Position numbers and translations under genes: made by a program
The notes under the pieces: model-generated
The model's input: only the letters and a program-made list of their open reading frames with translations
Told to the model about the DNA's origin: nothing
Database searches by the model: none
In this document: positions 11,497 through 23,633 of the stretch, piece after piece
How positions within the stretch are numbered: the stretch's first letter is position 1
Layout of the letters: each line of letters opens with the position of its first letter
DNA from: Octopus bimaculoides
Taxonomy: Eukaryota
DNA: 64,000 nucleotides
Assembly: GCF_001194135.2 (NCBI RefSeq)
Contig: NC_068981.1
Coordinates: 63,495,816 to 63,559,815, forward strand
Reading direction: 5' to 3'

Positions 11497-12450
11497 CTAC
11501 TGATCATTGGAGGTCTCTTACTCAGCAAGAGAGGTAAAATTCTCTCTCTAAAAGAGCTTGCTACATGCAATCAATTAATCTGCGTGGCACTCACTGAAAC
11601 ACATCTAGCCCTTGATGTAACAGATATGGAAGTGCACATACGAAGGTATGCTGTATTTCGTGTACAGACGGAAGAGAAAGAAGCCACGGTAGAGTTGCTA
11701 TGTATATCCCTGAAGATGTTACACCTCTTATATTATTGTCGCATCCAAACTCAGTTTGCGACACCTTATTAATACATATAAAGCAAGGTGATGTAGCTGT
11801 ATGCACAATATATCGTCTGCCGAATATCGCAAAATATGATGGGAAGTTTGAGAATAGACTCAAGCACGTCGAAGAGGTATTAACATATCTAGATCAGAAC
11901 ATCAACATACTCTTCCAGGGTGATTTCAACCTCCCACATGTCAAATGGCCAGGAGACCACATCCTCTCTGGGATGTCACTGCATGAACAAAAGCATGTAG
12001 GGTTATTATTTGAACTTACTAATAAGCTGTTCATGGAATAAATGATAGTCAGGTCAACCATGAGAAACAACATATTGGATCTATGATTCACAAATAATGT
12101 GGAACTTACCCATAATGTGAAGGTGACACCAACGGCACTCTCAGATCACAACATTGTTGAACTAACTATGTATGGTCCTGTGCGAAATGTTGCTATTCAC
12201 CCTATCAGGAGGACTCAAGCCTTATCCAGCGTGAATTTTCATAAGGCGAAATGAGAATCGCTCCGCATAGAGATCCACAAACGAAACTTATCCAACATTC
12301 TATCTATGCAAAACATTGACTTGAAACTCAGCTAGTTTATGTCAACAGTGCGAGTTATAAGGACTAAATATATCCCAGAAAGAAGGGCTAATACACTGTC
12401 AAACAAGATTCTCAGGGACAGAAAAATCCTCATGAGACGCAGGTCAAACA
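11497..12450 (+). mobile_element. CR1-like LINE ORF2 5' fragment (APE endonuclease plus linker), degenerate
   Basis: APE motifs ALTETHL, VCTIYR, GDFNLP (11916-11936), NNILDL and LSDHN (12138-12152). Ends in KIPRDRKILMRRR-like sequence. Contains a frameshift near 11690 and in-frame stops. Confidence 0.85.
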
Positions 12451-12729
12451 ATAAACATTCTCTTTATTTCTTTCTTTCTTTCTTTCTTTCTTTTCGTGTA
12501 ATATATATATATTAAAATATGTATGTATATCTGTATGTATACTATATTTATGCATATGCGCGTGCGCGTGCGTTCGCGGGTATATGCGTGTGTGTGTGAA
12601 TGTGTGTGGTGCATGTATGTATTTATATATGTATATAATATAAATATATAGATATATGCATATATCCATACATATATGTACATACCTACATCTATATGTA
12701 TGCATACTTGCATATATGGGTACAAGACA

Positions 12730-12990
12730 TAAAAAAAAAACGTTAAACACAATGAGAAACGAAAAACGAAGACATAAAAACGAAAACATAGAAAACTTTT
12801 TTTGAACAACGAAAAAAACAAACAAACAAACAGAGAAACGAGACATGCAACATAAAGAGTATATCCCTTCATCAGTTGTCCGTGTCCATCTACTCCGTAG
12901 ATGGCAAGGACAATACGCGACTTCGTTGGAACAGTCCTTCCCGCAAAGCAAATTAAATAAAATTGGGAATTTTTTGCGGAGGGTGAAAGT
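12730..12990 (-). repeat. Repeat with a hammerhead-like fold, related to 10420-10540 (+)
   Basis: Both loci share CTGATGAAG..a(t)a.tct.tatgt.gc.tgt. Here CTGATGA (12869-12875) follows a closed stem TTGTCC/GGACAA that begins right after GTA. Confidence 0.55.
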
Positions 12991-13209
12991 GAGCACAAGA
13001 TAGTAAAAACAATACAGTAAAAACAAGTAAAAACACGACAGTAAAAACAAACGGTGAGGGCTGTAGGGCCAAGACGATAGAAACATTATTATGAACGCTA
13101 AGTAGAAGAGAGAGAAAAATCACGTCTGTTCTTTAGGAAGACCAGTGGGCAGAAAGAAAGAACCCCTTTCGTCACGTGTCAGCGATAAGAGGGTCAAGGA
13201 GGAAGAGGA

Positions 13210-13284
<75 letters not shown>

Positions 13285-13396
13285 ACGGTGAAAGGGAGAG
13301 AAGAAGAATAAGGAAAGGGTGGGAGAAAAAACAGAAAGGATGAAGAACAAGAGAGGAAGAGAGTAGTACAAAAATGCGCATAGTAATATTAAGATA

Positions 13397-13465
13397 AAAC
13401 TTGCTTGGAAAAGGATGCGTGGCGTTCGATCATCGAACGCCACGCATCTTTTTCCAAGCAAGTTT
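13397..13465. repeat. Near-perfect 69-bp palindrome (34-bp arms, 1-nt centre, one mismatch)
   Basis: aaacttgcttggaaaaggatgcgtggcgttcgat-c-atcgaacgccacgcatctttttccaagcaagttt. Confidence 0.95.
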
Positions 13466-13739
13466 CATTTATATATGTATATATGTATATATATAGACAT
13501 AGACATGTTAATATATATGTATATATACATGTATATATGTGTATATATTTGTACATACACACATTCATTCACATGTGTTCACATGACTGTCATGATAATA
13601 AGAAGAGAATGATTCTGCTTAGAAACAATATATACTTACACACACACACATCCTAACGCACATATACGTACATCTATACATGCGTGTGTGGTGTGTGTAT
13701 GTGTGTGTGTGTGTGTGTGCGTGCGTGTGTGTACACATA

Positions 13740-13780
<41 letters not shown>

Positions 13781-14019
13781 TATATATATTTACATATATG
13801 TGTGTCGGTGTGTGTATATTATTTGTCGTTTGTATTTTTTTACAATATCTCGTCTTATTCTTTTACATCAGTCAACAAACATTTCTTGGCATTATTGGTG
13901 TAATACATAATTTTCGTTTAGTTGTGTTTTGTTTTTATTACTTTTTCAAGATATTTAACTTATATAACGTCTATTTCGTTTTATTTTTGTCTTAAACATT
14001 ATATTTGACACGTTTTTAG

Positions 14020-14052
14020 TTTTTCATTGGATAGGCGACATGTCAAACGATG
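14020..14052 (+). CDS. Candidate 33-nt phase 1-1 microexon B (xFHWIGDMSND)
   Basis: Preceded by a T-rich tract ending gtttttAG and a branch-like cttaaac at 13991. Followed by the consensus donor G|GTAAGT. Length is a multiple of 3 with no stops in frame. Confidence 0.55.
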
Positions 14053-14098
14053 GTAAGTGTCTAGTTTTCACGTCAGTCCTCTCAGATGTTTTTTTTTA

Positions 14099-14159
<61 letters not shown>

Positions 14160-15206
14160 TACTAATACTACTACTACTACTAGTATTATTGTCCTCGTCA
14201 TCAGTAGTAGTTGCAGTAGTTGTAGCAGTAGTAGTGGTGGTGGTAGTAGTTGATGATGTAATTGTAGTTTTCTTTTCGTCGTTGGTTTTGTTATAGTTAT
14301 TTTCTTATTTGTTTTCTTTTTTTAAAAACTATATTCAAGAAGAGTCGTTTTTCACTGGATAGCTCCAGGGTAATCCAACGTCATGCGGGTAGAACATACC
14401 ATGCCACAGGGTACAATCCTCAAATTCAGACTTCGGGTATACCGACTGCTTGAGGAACATACTGAACATTCTATATGGCTTAATATTACAGTCGACCTAT
14501 GTTGTTCTCTTTCTAATATCTATTGTATGTCTGCCAACTCCGAGGTTCACAATGGGAGCTAGCAAAATGAACTCGATCCCATTGTAACAACGGATTCTCC
14601 TCTCCCTTTATTATTGGTGCTGGGCGCTCCAGTGTAGTATCTTGGGATAATGAAGCTGTTGACGCTACTGCTAATTTGGATTGTATGTATTTTATCATAT
14701 ATTTGTGTCGATGCTTTGAGATAGCACTATAATTCAAGAAACGAAATTACAAACGCAGCACATGATCGAACATAAAACAGATCAATCAACAGCCGCGACA
14801 TTATTACATGCATAAAATAATGCTTCCGGTATATAGATATATTTTTAAAAAAAGGGTTCATTAACAAGGCATGACAAATTACTTGAAATGCAAGCATTGA
14901 AAATAAAAGCAAGCAAGAAACATTAGTATAATAACTATATAAATACCGTTTCTATCTTCATCAACCATCTCACTAAATTATATTGCTCGATACACTTCTA
15001 AACACCATCATTTGGAGAGGTTACAATGCATACAAAACATCCCGGTACCAAAACAAGATCATAAGAGTGAGTGCTAAAAACATCCCAGCAGCTAAACTCC
15101 TCTTGCAGTAGTGCTTTACTTGTTTTCTGGTTTAAGTTGCATACAGACACTAAGAACTGTCTTCCCTTGATCGCTAAACTATCTATGCTCTATGAAGAAA
15201 TAGAAA

Positions 15207-15525
15207 TGGATCTTTACCCTTTGAACGGCACTTCGAGAAATTAAGTTTTTTGTAACTAAACACTTTCAAACTTCGGACATTGGTAGAATGTGTCATATAA
15301 AATATCTTTTACTCTTAGTACTGTTGAGAAAAGTTTGTATTTTCAAAGTTATTTCGTGCTAAAGTTGTCGTATTTCGGTAATTTCAACCAATCAATGACG
15401 TGTATTCAGAGTAAAATATGTTTATATGATGTTTATATGACACATACTACCAGTGTCCGAAGTTTGAAAGTGTTTAGTTACAAAAAATTAATTTCTCGAT
15501 GTGCCGTTCAAAGGGAAAAGATCCA
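15207..15525. mobile_element. MITE with about 95-bp terminal inverted repeats
   Basis: 15207-15301 (tggatctttaccctttgaacggcacttcgagaaatt...gtgtcatataaa) is the near-perfect reverse complement of 15432-15525, with only a handful of differences. The core is about 130 bp and AT-rich. Confidence 0.85.
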
Positions 15526-16510
15526 AAGAAATAAAAAGGAATGAAAAACATACATTCCATGAATTTCTTCCAAACTGTAACCATTTCCATCTATGGCAAA
15601 AGACTCACTTCTTAAAATGTTTAACTGACATACCTTAAATTATGTTATCCTGGTGATATTTAAAAAGAACGATGTATTACCATACATAATTAGCATTCTA
15701 CAGTTCTATATTTAAGAGATGAGGGATTATGGTACATTATTTACATTATTTACATTTGTCAGATATTTATCCTCATCATGTTTGTTGTTAACCCAACGTT
15801 TCGGCTGATATACCCTCCAGGTGTCTTGGGAAAATTTCGAACATGTGTTTTCATATTAAAATGAAATGGCATACAGCGGGAATAAAATTAAATGGTTAAA
15901 CTACACCATTAACTCTTCTACACTCTCTTTCTTTGGCTCTAACTCTCTCTCTCTCTCTCTCTCTACTCTGTCTGCCTGTGTTCTGACTGTCTGTCTCTGT
16001 CATTCTCTCTCTCTTTGTCATTCTCTCTCTCTCTGTCATTCTCTCTCTCTCTCCCCTCCCTCTCTCTGTCAACTTATATCAACACTGGTACACGCTTATA
16101 CATACAAATATCATATGCATATTTATGCTACATGTAGTTTATCCTTATGTCAATCATTATTGAAGAGAACTTTTACTAAAAGCATTTCATCCGTGACCAT
16201 CTTGTCTTTCAATGAGACATAACGTATTTAGGATGATATGTTGCTTTCCGTTCTTTTTTAACGGTAGTTCCTGATTAGAAAAAGCTTTGTCTGCTATATC
16301 TAGCAGCCTGAATGATTACGCAGAAGCTCCTTCGTTGTCTCTTATATCAACTAGTTTATATAATTGATTATAACACTATGTTAGAGTTTCTTTAAAGGAA
16401 GCAATGAATACATTAAACTTCCAGATGAATAGATGTTATGAGACGTGAGAAGTGGAATCTAATGAATAAATTCCTTCCTATTTGCAATGTGAGCGCAAAT
16501 AAATAAGATA

Positions 16511-16726
16511 CTGGACGAATCGAAGCTGATCCATCCATCCATCCATCCATCCATCCATCCATCCATCCATACACTCGTATATGTACATATATATAAATAC
16601 AAACGTCTTCCTCGTTATATATACATGTATGTGTGTGTGCGTATGTATATGTATGTATATATATATAAATATATGTATATAAATATATGTATATAAATAT
16701 ATATACATATATATGTGTTTCTGTAT

Positions 16727-16760
<34 letters not shown>

Positions 16761-16788
16761 ATGTATTATATAACGAGGAAGACGTTTG

Positions 16789-16826
<38 letters not shown>

Positions 16827-16827
16827 T

Positions 16828-16864
<37 letters not shown>

Positions 16865-16874
16865 NNNNNNNNNN

Positions 16875-16938
<64 letters not shown>

Positions 16939-16977
16939 ATATGCATATATGTATGTATCTGCTTCGATTCGTCCAGT
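16511..16977. repeat. Fold-back structure with two perfect inverted segments separated by different microsatellites
   Basis: 16511-16527 is the exact reverse complement of 16961-16977 (17 bp), and 16597-16621 of 16767-16791 (25 bp). Confidence 0.8.
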
Positions 16978-17794
16978 GACTTATAATATAAATGTATGTG
17001 TGTGTGTGTGAATCTGTGTATGTATGTATTTATGTGTGTAAATGCATATGAAAATTTAAGATATTTATAAATGCGCTGTAGCTTGATTACGTTTTGTATT
17101 GATATCAACAGCTGAAATCGAAATTGCTGTTATAAGCTTCGAACAGAGACACTCACGTCTATGTGTGGCAGCTCCCAGGCGCCTATAAAAGCCCTTTGGT
17201 GCTGATAGCTGGATAAAACCTGCTATTAACTGACAGCAACTCATGCTTACCGTTTCAAATCATCAGCGAAATAACGTTAATTTCGCCGGATCGTTTATAC
17301 TGGCGGGACTTACGTAGACAGGGTAACTGTCAAAATTGTAACACCGAAGTTGCGATTGACATGGCAGATAGCGACAGAATGGCGCTCTTCCGGTTGTTGA
17401 TAGTGGAGAAACCTCCTCTTTTATATCGAGAAGAATCACTTTGTTTCGAAACTGGTGGCATCCGTATGATAAAAGCCGAACGATTGTATTAGAAACGAAA
17501 GAAAGAAGGAAAGAAGCGAACGAGGAAAATGAGAGGAAGGAGAAGCAGAAGTTGTAGGAGTATATAGGAATATTAAAACAACTTTCTTTCCTTTCTGTGC
17601 ATGCAGTTTGTAATTGCGCACGCGCACGCGCGTGTGTGTGTGGATACCACAAGCATTAAGATCACTTTAATGGGATTCAGTAGAATATTGTTTTCCCCAT
17701 GCAGCTTCTGTTAAAATCATTAAATACTTGAATAAGTTCAATTTTGATGGACGCCCATGACTTTAATCTTTCTGTTGATTGTCTCCTCTTCTAT

Positions 17795-17825
<31 letters not shown>

Positions 17826-18160
17826 TTTGTTTGTTTGTATCAGTTTTCATAGTAGAAATTTTACTGTAATGTTCAGCTTAATATAATGAACGATATATAA
17901 GACTCATAACTTCGTAGAAGCCACGCTACGATTTCACTTCACATTAGAGTATTTTATTTTGTTTTGTTTTTTTCTGAGGTGGTGGTGGTGGTGACAGATT
18001 AGATTTTGTATTTTTTAGTTATATCCTTGTCTTTATAAATTTCACATTAAAAATGCGGCATTTTGTTATAACATATCATAGAACTATGCACCAGAAATTT
18101 AGAAGAAGTAATAAGCAAATCCCAACAGACCGTGACCGATGAAGCCGGTTCGTTTCTCAG

Positions 18161-18247
18161 CCATGCCATGCTGGCTGACAATGGACGTTTTACGCCGAAA
18201 CAGCGGCAAAAATCTACCTGAAATTACATCCCAACGATATAACAGAT
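18161..18247 (+). CDS. Candidate 87-nt phase 1-1 exon C (xMPCWLTMDVLRRNSGKNLPEITSQRYNR)
   Basis: Acceptor ggttcgtttctcAG and donor GTAAGA at 18248. 87 nt, open in the phase required by exons B and D. Lies in a unique, CpG-containing island amid repeats. Confidence 0.55.
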
Positions 18248-19496
18248 GTAAGAGACATTGGAAAAAAGATGGCGGGATCACGACTGAAATGTTTTTGATC
18301 ATGTTTTCTGCATCAAAAGCGAGAACCACAAAGCACATACACACAGAGGGGAAAAAAAAAGAAAGGGAGAGAGAGAGAGAGAGAGAGTGGGGTAATATTG
18401 TATTAGTTATTAATTAGTAATTTCTCCCCTTAGATTAAGCCCACGGGATGTAGTACGTGGTTTAAGTAGGTGGGAGGAGGAATCAATCTGCCTAAGCTAT
18501 ATACATACGTACATGCATGCATACACACACACACACACACACACACANNNNNNNNNNNNNNNNNNNNNNNNNNNNNNNNNNNNNNNNNTATATATATATA
18601 TATATATATCAACATAGTCCATTTTACATACACTCACACACACATATGTATGTACGTATGTATTTATATACATGCACACTAATGTAAAACATGCATATTT
18701 CTCATGGATATGCTTGCAAGGATAACTGAACAAGCATAGGCGCACATGCATCAGTGCTAATATACATATACATATGCATGCATACAACTGTATATTTACA
18801 TGCACACATGCATATTATTAAACATAGCATATACACACTCAGAGACATACATGCAAAATTGGTTCTTTCGTTATAATAATTTAAAGAAAGGTCAGCATTT
18901 TAATCAAATTTCTTATTTTTACCTCTTCTTTTTTTCTTTTTTTTCTTTGGTTCTTATTAATATTTGTTTTCTATTGTGACCTCATCAGAATTATAACACT
19001 TTATTATTTTCATCAAACCAAAAGGAGGATCATTAAAAAGATCTTGCAATAACAGGGGACTGAATGAAGGGTAGGGTAATAGCATGAAGAATTTAACGCA
19101 TTAATGTCAAACAAAGGGAAAGCGAGATTGCATTAAATGTCCATAATAAAACGTATCAAAGACATCACATACGCTAAAAGCGTTCGTAAATGTTTTTTTG
19201 AAGCTGGTGTTTTCATCAAATTTTATATCGAAATGAACTTGCCGGCTTCATTAACCTCATATTTTTATGTTCATTAACTTCACACCTTTACGTTAATCAA
19301 GTGCTGCAATATCCACTTTCAATCATTTATCCTTCTCTGATTATTCTTTCTCTTCCTATACTTGCCCCTTCATCATCGATAGTGCCGTTGTTTGTTTGTT
19401 GTTGTTGTTGTTGTTGTAGCGGTGGTGGTGGCGGTGGTAGTTGTAGTGGTAGTGGTGGTGATTGAGAAATCATTATTTGTGTTGTTGTTGTTGTTA

Positions 19497-19740
19497 CGGT
19501 GGTGAGCTGGCAGAGTTGTTAGCGCTCCGGACAAAAATGCTTAGTACCATTTCTTTTGGCTCTTTCACGTTCTGACTGAGTTCAAATCCCACCGAAGTCA
19601 ACATTATCTTTCATTTTTTTTCAGTGTCGATAAAATAAGTACTAGCTGAGTGCAAGGGTCACCGTTATCGACTATCCCTCTCTCATTAAAACTGATTGCC
19701 TGTGTTCAAGTCATAGGCTTTGTACCAGTAATATTAAAGG
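19497..19740 (+). mobile_element. Diverged SINE-A
   Basis: ggtgagctggcagagttgttagcgctccggacaaaaatgcttag...gagttcaaatcccaccgaagtcaac...tcgataaaataagtac. Confidence 0.7.
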
Positions 19741-19999
19741 AATATCATTATTACCAGCCATATAACTGTATTTTGATGCTGGGACTATAATTTACAAATG
19801 TGGCGAATTAATGTTACAGTAATCTACAATAATTATACTTTTACAATTCTTATTCAAGGTGAGGAAATTAATGCTAACTTTTAAAAAATAAAAAAAAATT
19901 ATTACATTAAAATATAATTAATTAAAGCAAATTTCTGAAATATTTTAATATTTACAATAAATATATCTTCTGCTTTTTATAATTTACTTGTTTTAGTAA

Positions 20000-20330
20000 T
20001 TGGCGTGCTGTCATGTTGGGGCACCACCTTGATAGTTTTAGTCGAACGAATCGACCCTAGCACTCTTTTTTAAAGTCTCTATTAATATTTTTCGCCGGAC
20101 CGCTAAGTTACAAGCATGTAAACAAGCGAACATTGGTCGCTGAGCGATGGTGGAAGACAAACACACATATGTAGAACGAGCTTCTTCACAATTTTGGTTT
20201 ATCAAATTCACTTACAAGGTATTGCTCGGCCCGTGGCTATGGTAGAAAACTTGCCCAAAGTGCCGCACAGTGGGACTGAACCTAAAACCTTGTGGATTGC
20301 AAGGAGTGCTGTTTAACAATACAGCCACAC
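20000..20330 (-). mobile_element. SINE-B
   Basis: catgttggggcaccacc...gctaagtta...ggcccgtggctatggtagaaaacttgcccaaagtgccgcacagtgggactgaacc. Confidence 0.8.
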
Positions 20331-20392
20331 ATGTTCCTATATGTTATCAATGGCTATAAAACTGTTTATCTACTAATTAATTATATATGTGT

Positions 20393-20611
20393 TATTTCTT
20401 TACTACCCACAAGGGGCTAAACGTAGAGGGGACAAACAAGGATTAAGTCGATTATATCGACCCCAGTGCGTAACTGGTACTTATTTAATCGACCCCGAAA
20501 GGATGAAAGGCAAAGTGGACCTCGGCGGTATTTGAACTCAGAACGTAGCGGCAGACGAAATACCGCTAAGCATTTCGCCCGGCGTGCTAACGTTTCTGCC
20601 AGCTCACCGCC
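20393..20611 (-). mobile_element. SINE-A monomer carrying the left-monomer type tail
   Basis: Full head and central domain, with a tail of ccttgtttgtcccctctacgtttagccccttgtggg. TSD-like attaattatata(t/g)gtgt at 20376-20392 and 20614-20630. Confidence 0.9.
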
Positions 20612-20628
20612 GTATTAATTATATAGGT

Positions 20629-20945
20629 GTGGAAGCGCAATGACCCAGTGGTTAGGGCAGCGAACTCGTGCCCGGAGGTTCACGATTTCGATTTCCAGAC
20701 CGGGCGTTGTGTGTGTTTATTGAGCGAAAACACTTAAAGCTCCACGAGGCTCCGACAGGGGGTGATGGCGACCTCTGTTGTACTCTTACGCCCCAACTTT
20801 CTCTCACTCATTTTTGCTGTTTCTTGAGTAAAGCTGCAATGGACTGGCGTCCCGTTCAGCTAAGGGGGAACACATACGCCATAGAAACCGGGAAACCGGA
20901 CCCATGAGCCTGTCTAGGCTTTAAAAGGGCGCATAAATAAAATAA
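20629..20945 (+). mobile_element. SINE family C with tail type 2
   Basis: tRNA-like head with A and B boxes (tgacccagtggttaggg, gatttcgatttcc), central gtttattgagcgaaaacacttaaagctccacgagg, and tail gatggactggcgtcccgt...gaaaccggga...(aaat)n. Confidence 0.9.
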
Positions 20946-21794
20946 ATAAATTATATATGTAACATATCTATCAATTCCACATGAGGCAACGTGACATTTT
21001 TAGCGTGATCAAGCAACAATCAATTGATTAGGGAAGGCCCTGAATAACAGAAACTTTAGTGTGTCAAACAAGATACTTTAACGTGTATAGCTGCGTATTT
21101 TCTTGTTGTGAGTCTTGAGTTTAAATTCTGTCGGGGCCAGGTAAGCCCCTTTTCTTTCTGGATCGAATAAAATGAGGAGGACAAACAAGACTAAGATTGA
21201 TCTGATTTGCTATTTCCAAATGTCTAATGCTGTGCCTATGTCAGTAAAATCTACTGAACCTGATAGAATACCTTTCATGTTTTGAGCCTAAATACTACCG
21301 TGATTGATCTTACTTTTCATACTTTTCATACTTTTGGAGTTTGACTCAGTTGACTTTGTCCTTCCTCATAAAATTTCCAATCTTGTGCGAATGTTAGAAA
21401 TAAATGTTTGCGTTTTAACTAAAGATAGTATTGCTTGATTTTAATATAGTACAAGACTAATTTTTGTATGACTTGCATATCTATTATTCTCTCTTTGTTT
21501 CTTGAATTAAACAACAAAGCCCTCACAACCAATATTTTACATTTTTATAAATGTAAGGTAATATTCTATAACATAGTCTTAGATACACTATAGCTAAAAT
21601 AAATAAATAAATAAATAATAAAGCGAAGCGATGACCGAGTGTCTACAGCTGAAACGCTTTCCATAATAGACCTCTCTATCAGAACTAGTCAAGGATTAAA
21701 CAGCAACAAAAATAACACATATAATTCTTCTAAGTAAACGGTAAGCAATATTAGTCAAGAGTCATATATATATATATATATATATATATACGAC

Positions 21795-21950
21795 GGACTT
21801 CTTTTAGTTTTCGCCTACCAAATCCACTCACAAGGCTTTGGTTGGGCCGAGGCTATAGAAAAAGACACTTGTACAAGGTGCAACGCAGTGGGACTGAACT
21901 CGGGACTATGTGGTTGGGAAGCAAACTTCTTACCACATAAACACTCCTGC
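21795..21950 (-). mobile_element. SINE-B 5' half
   Basis: ctaccaaatccactcacaaggctttggttgggccgaggctatag...gcagtgggactgaactcggg...ttaccaca. Confidence 0.85.
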
Positions 21951-21996
21951 ACCTATATATATATAAATATATATATATATGTGTGTGTGTATAGTA

Positions 21997-22195
21997 AATC
22001 CCAAAATGACGAAGAACAAACACAAGAAAAAAGACAACTCTAGAACGTGGTACATGCAAAATAGTAGCAGACGCTCAGGGAAAGAAAGAAAGGTGGTTTT
22101 TACGTTTCGAGCAAAGCTCTTCTTCAGAAACAGGAGACAGAGGAAAGTCCAAGAGAAAAGGAAGACGGGGGGAAAAATCACTAACGATTCACATG
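21997..22195 (-). repeat. About 200-bp dispersed repeat with a hammerhead-like core (copy 2)
   Basis: Colinear with 10213-10412. The 26-nt core at 22102-22127 is identical. Confidence 0.7.
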
Positions 22196-22319
22196 TGAGG
22201 CCTTTCCATCAAGAACGATGTATTACTCGAAGTAGCATTGCCCATAAGGCAATCTACCCGATATCCCAATTCACCACCTTTCCTAAAAATATTAAATCGG
22301 CAAAAAAAATAACAAAAAA

Positions 22320-22410
22320 AACCAGACAGGATGGGTACGGTTGCAAACATACTTCATTATGCTCGGTCCGGGCTGACCCGGGTTAAAATAGCAATTACAA
22401 CTATGTGGAC
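22320..22410 (-). repeat. Short unclassified dispersed repeat (related copies at about 26085-26200, 51150-51250, 59270-59380)
   Basis: Shared core ttgctattttaaccc.gg.tcagccc.gacc...ccatcc.gtc.tttt. Confidence 0.55.
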
Positions 22411-22886
22411 CGAAGTAATCAGATTCTATTCAAATTAAGTAGGAACATTCAACAGTTTCCTTTGTCTATTCTACCACTAGCTTTGGTTTTATAACCCCCA
22501 GGACGCATCTAGCCGTTATTTAGTTGGTTAAACCTCTACTATTCCGACGCCATCTTCATTATAACAATCATCTTGATGATTATTATTGATTTCTTATATT
22601 GGCATTGATCCACAAATGATAGGTGAGGATATAATTTATAATGTCTTCCATAGGATTTGACTGGTGCATTACTTTATCGATCAAGCATGGATAACATCGT
22701 ATCCTTGGGATTAGAACTCCGCACCTCAACGGCTGAAAATAATATCCGAAGTCATTTACTCGGCTGCACCACACACTTTGCTAATCTAATCCAACCCTCT
22801 TAATGAATCATAATGGTTATAATCATTACCAAGTAATGTGCTGTCACTTAAAAAATAATTACTGTAGTTTTTGGTGGGGAGATATG

Positions 22887-22974
<88 letters not shown>

Positions 22975-23054
22975 CATACATACATATTCAATGTATTCAT
23001 ATATATATAAATGTGTGTGTACATATAAATGTTCAATCTATATATATATGTATG

Positions 23055-23110
<56 letters not shown>

Positions 23111-23633
23111 ACAATCAGTAAGCGTTTTGTGGCTTTTTCAAAAATTTACATTACAGAAATGTCATTTCTGTTTTGCAGTGTTTGTGTGTGAACGTTTATG
23201 TGTGCTTAATTAAGTGTACATTTGTATGAGTATGTATACGCGTGAATATATGCATATATATGCGAATGCATATGCATGTATGCATATGGGTATGCGTGCA
23301 CATTTATAATTGAGTGTGTGTCTATCTGCACGTATATCGCTATATGCGTCCGTTTAAATGATTTTCTGTGTTTTCTTAATATCCCCTTTTATTTCAATGC
23401 AATCTATGTGAGCGTGTAAGTGTATGTGTGTCTATTAATTTTGAACATAATTGCACGTCTGTGTTGTCAGTGTGTGCATATTCCTCTGTGTTTGGGGCTG
23501 TGTGTGTGTGTGTGTGCACGCGTGTGCGTGCGTGCGTGCGTGTGTGTGTATGTGTGTCTAAGAGTAGATATGTACGTTCAGTTTCTTTAGTTAAATACGA
23601 GCCAGTTGCTGTATGATGATTACTGTTTGACAG

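Noticed and set aside
15790-15825. Minus-strand CAGCC-GAAACGT, resembling half of a hammerhead
   Set aside because: The CUGANGA box and the partner strand of stem II are absent in this copy.
20629-20705. tRNA-like sequences here and at about 9400-9478, 31850-31910, 33715-33770, 52015-52085 and 60335-60400
   Set aside because: A and B boxes are present but there is no complete cloverleaf, and each continues into a SINE body.
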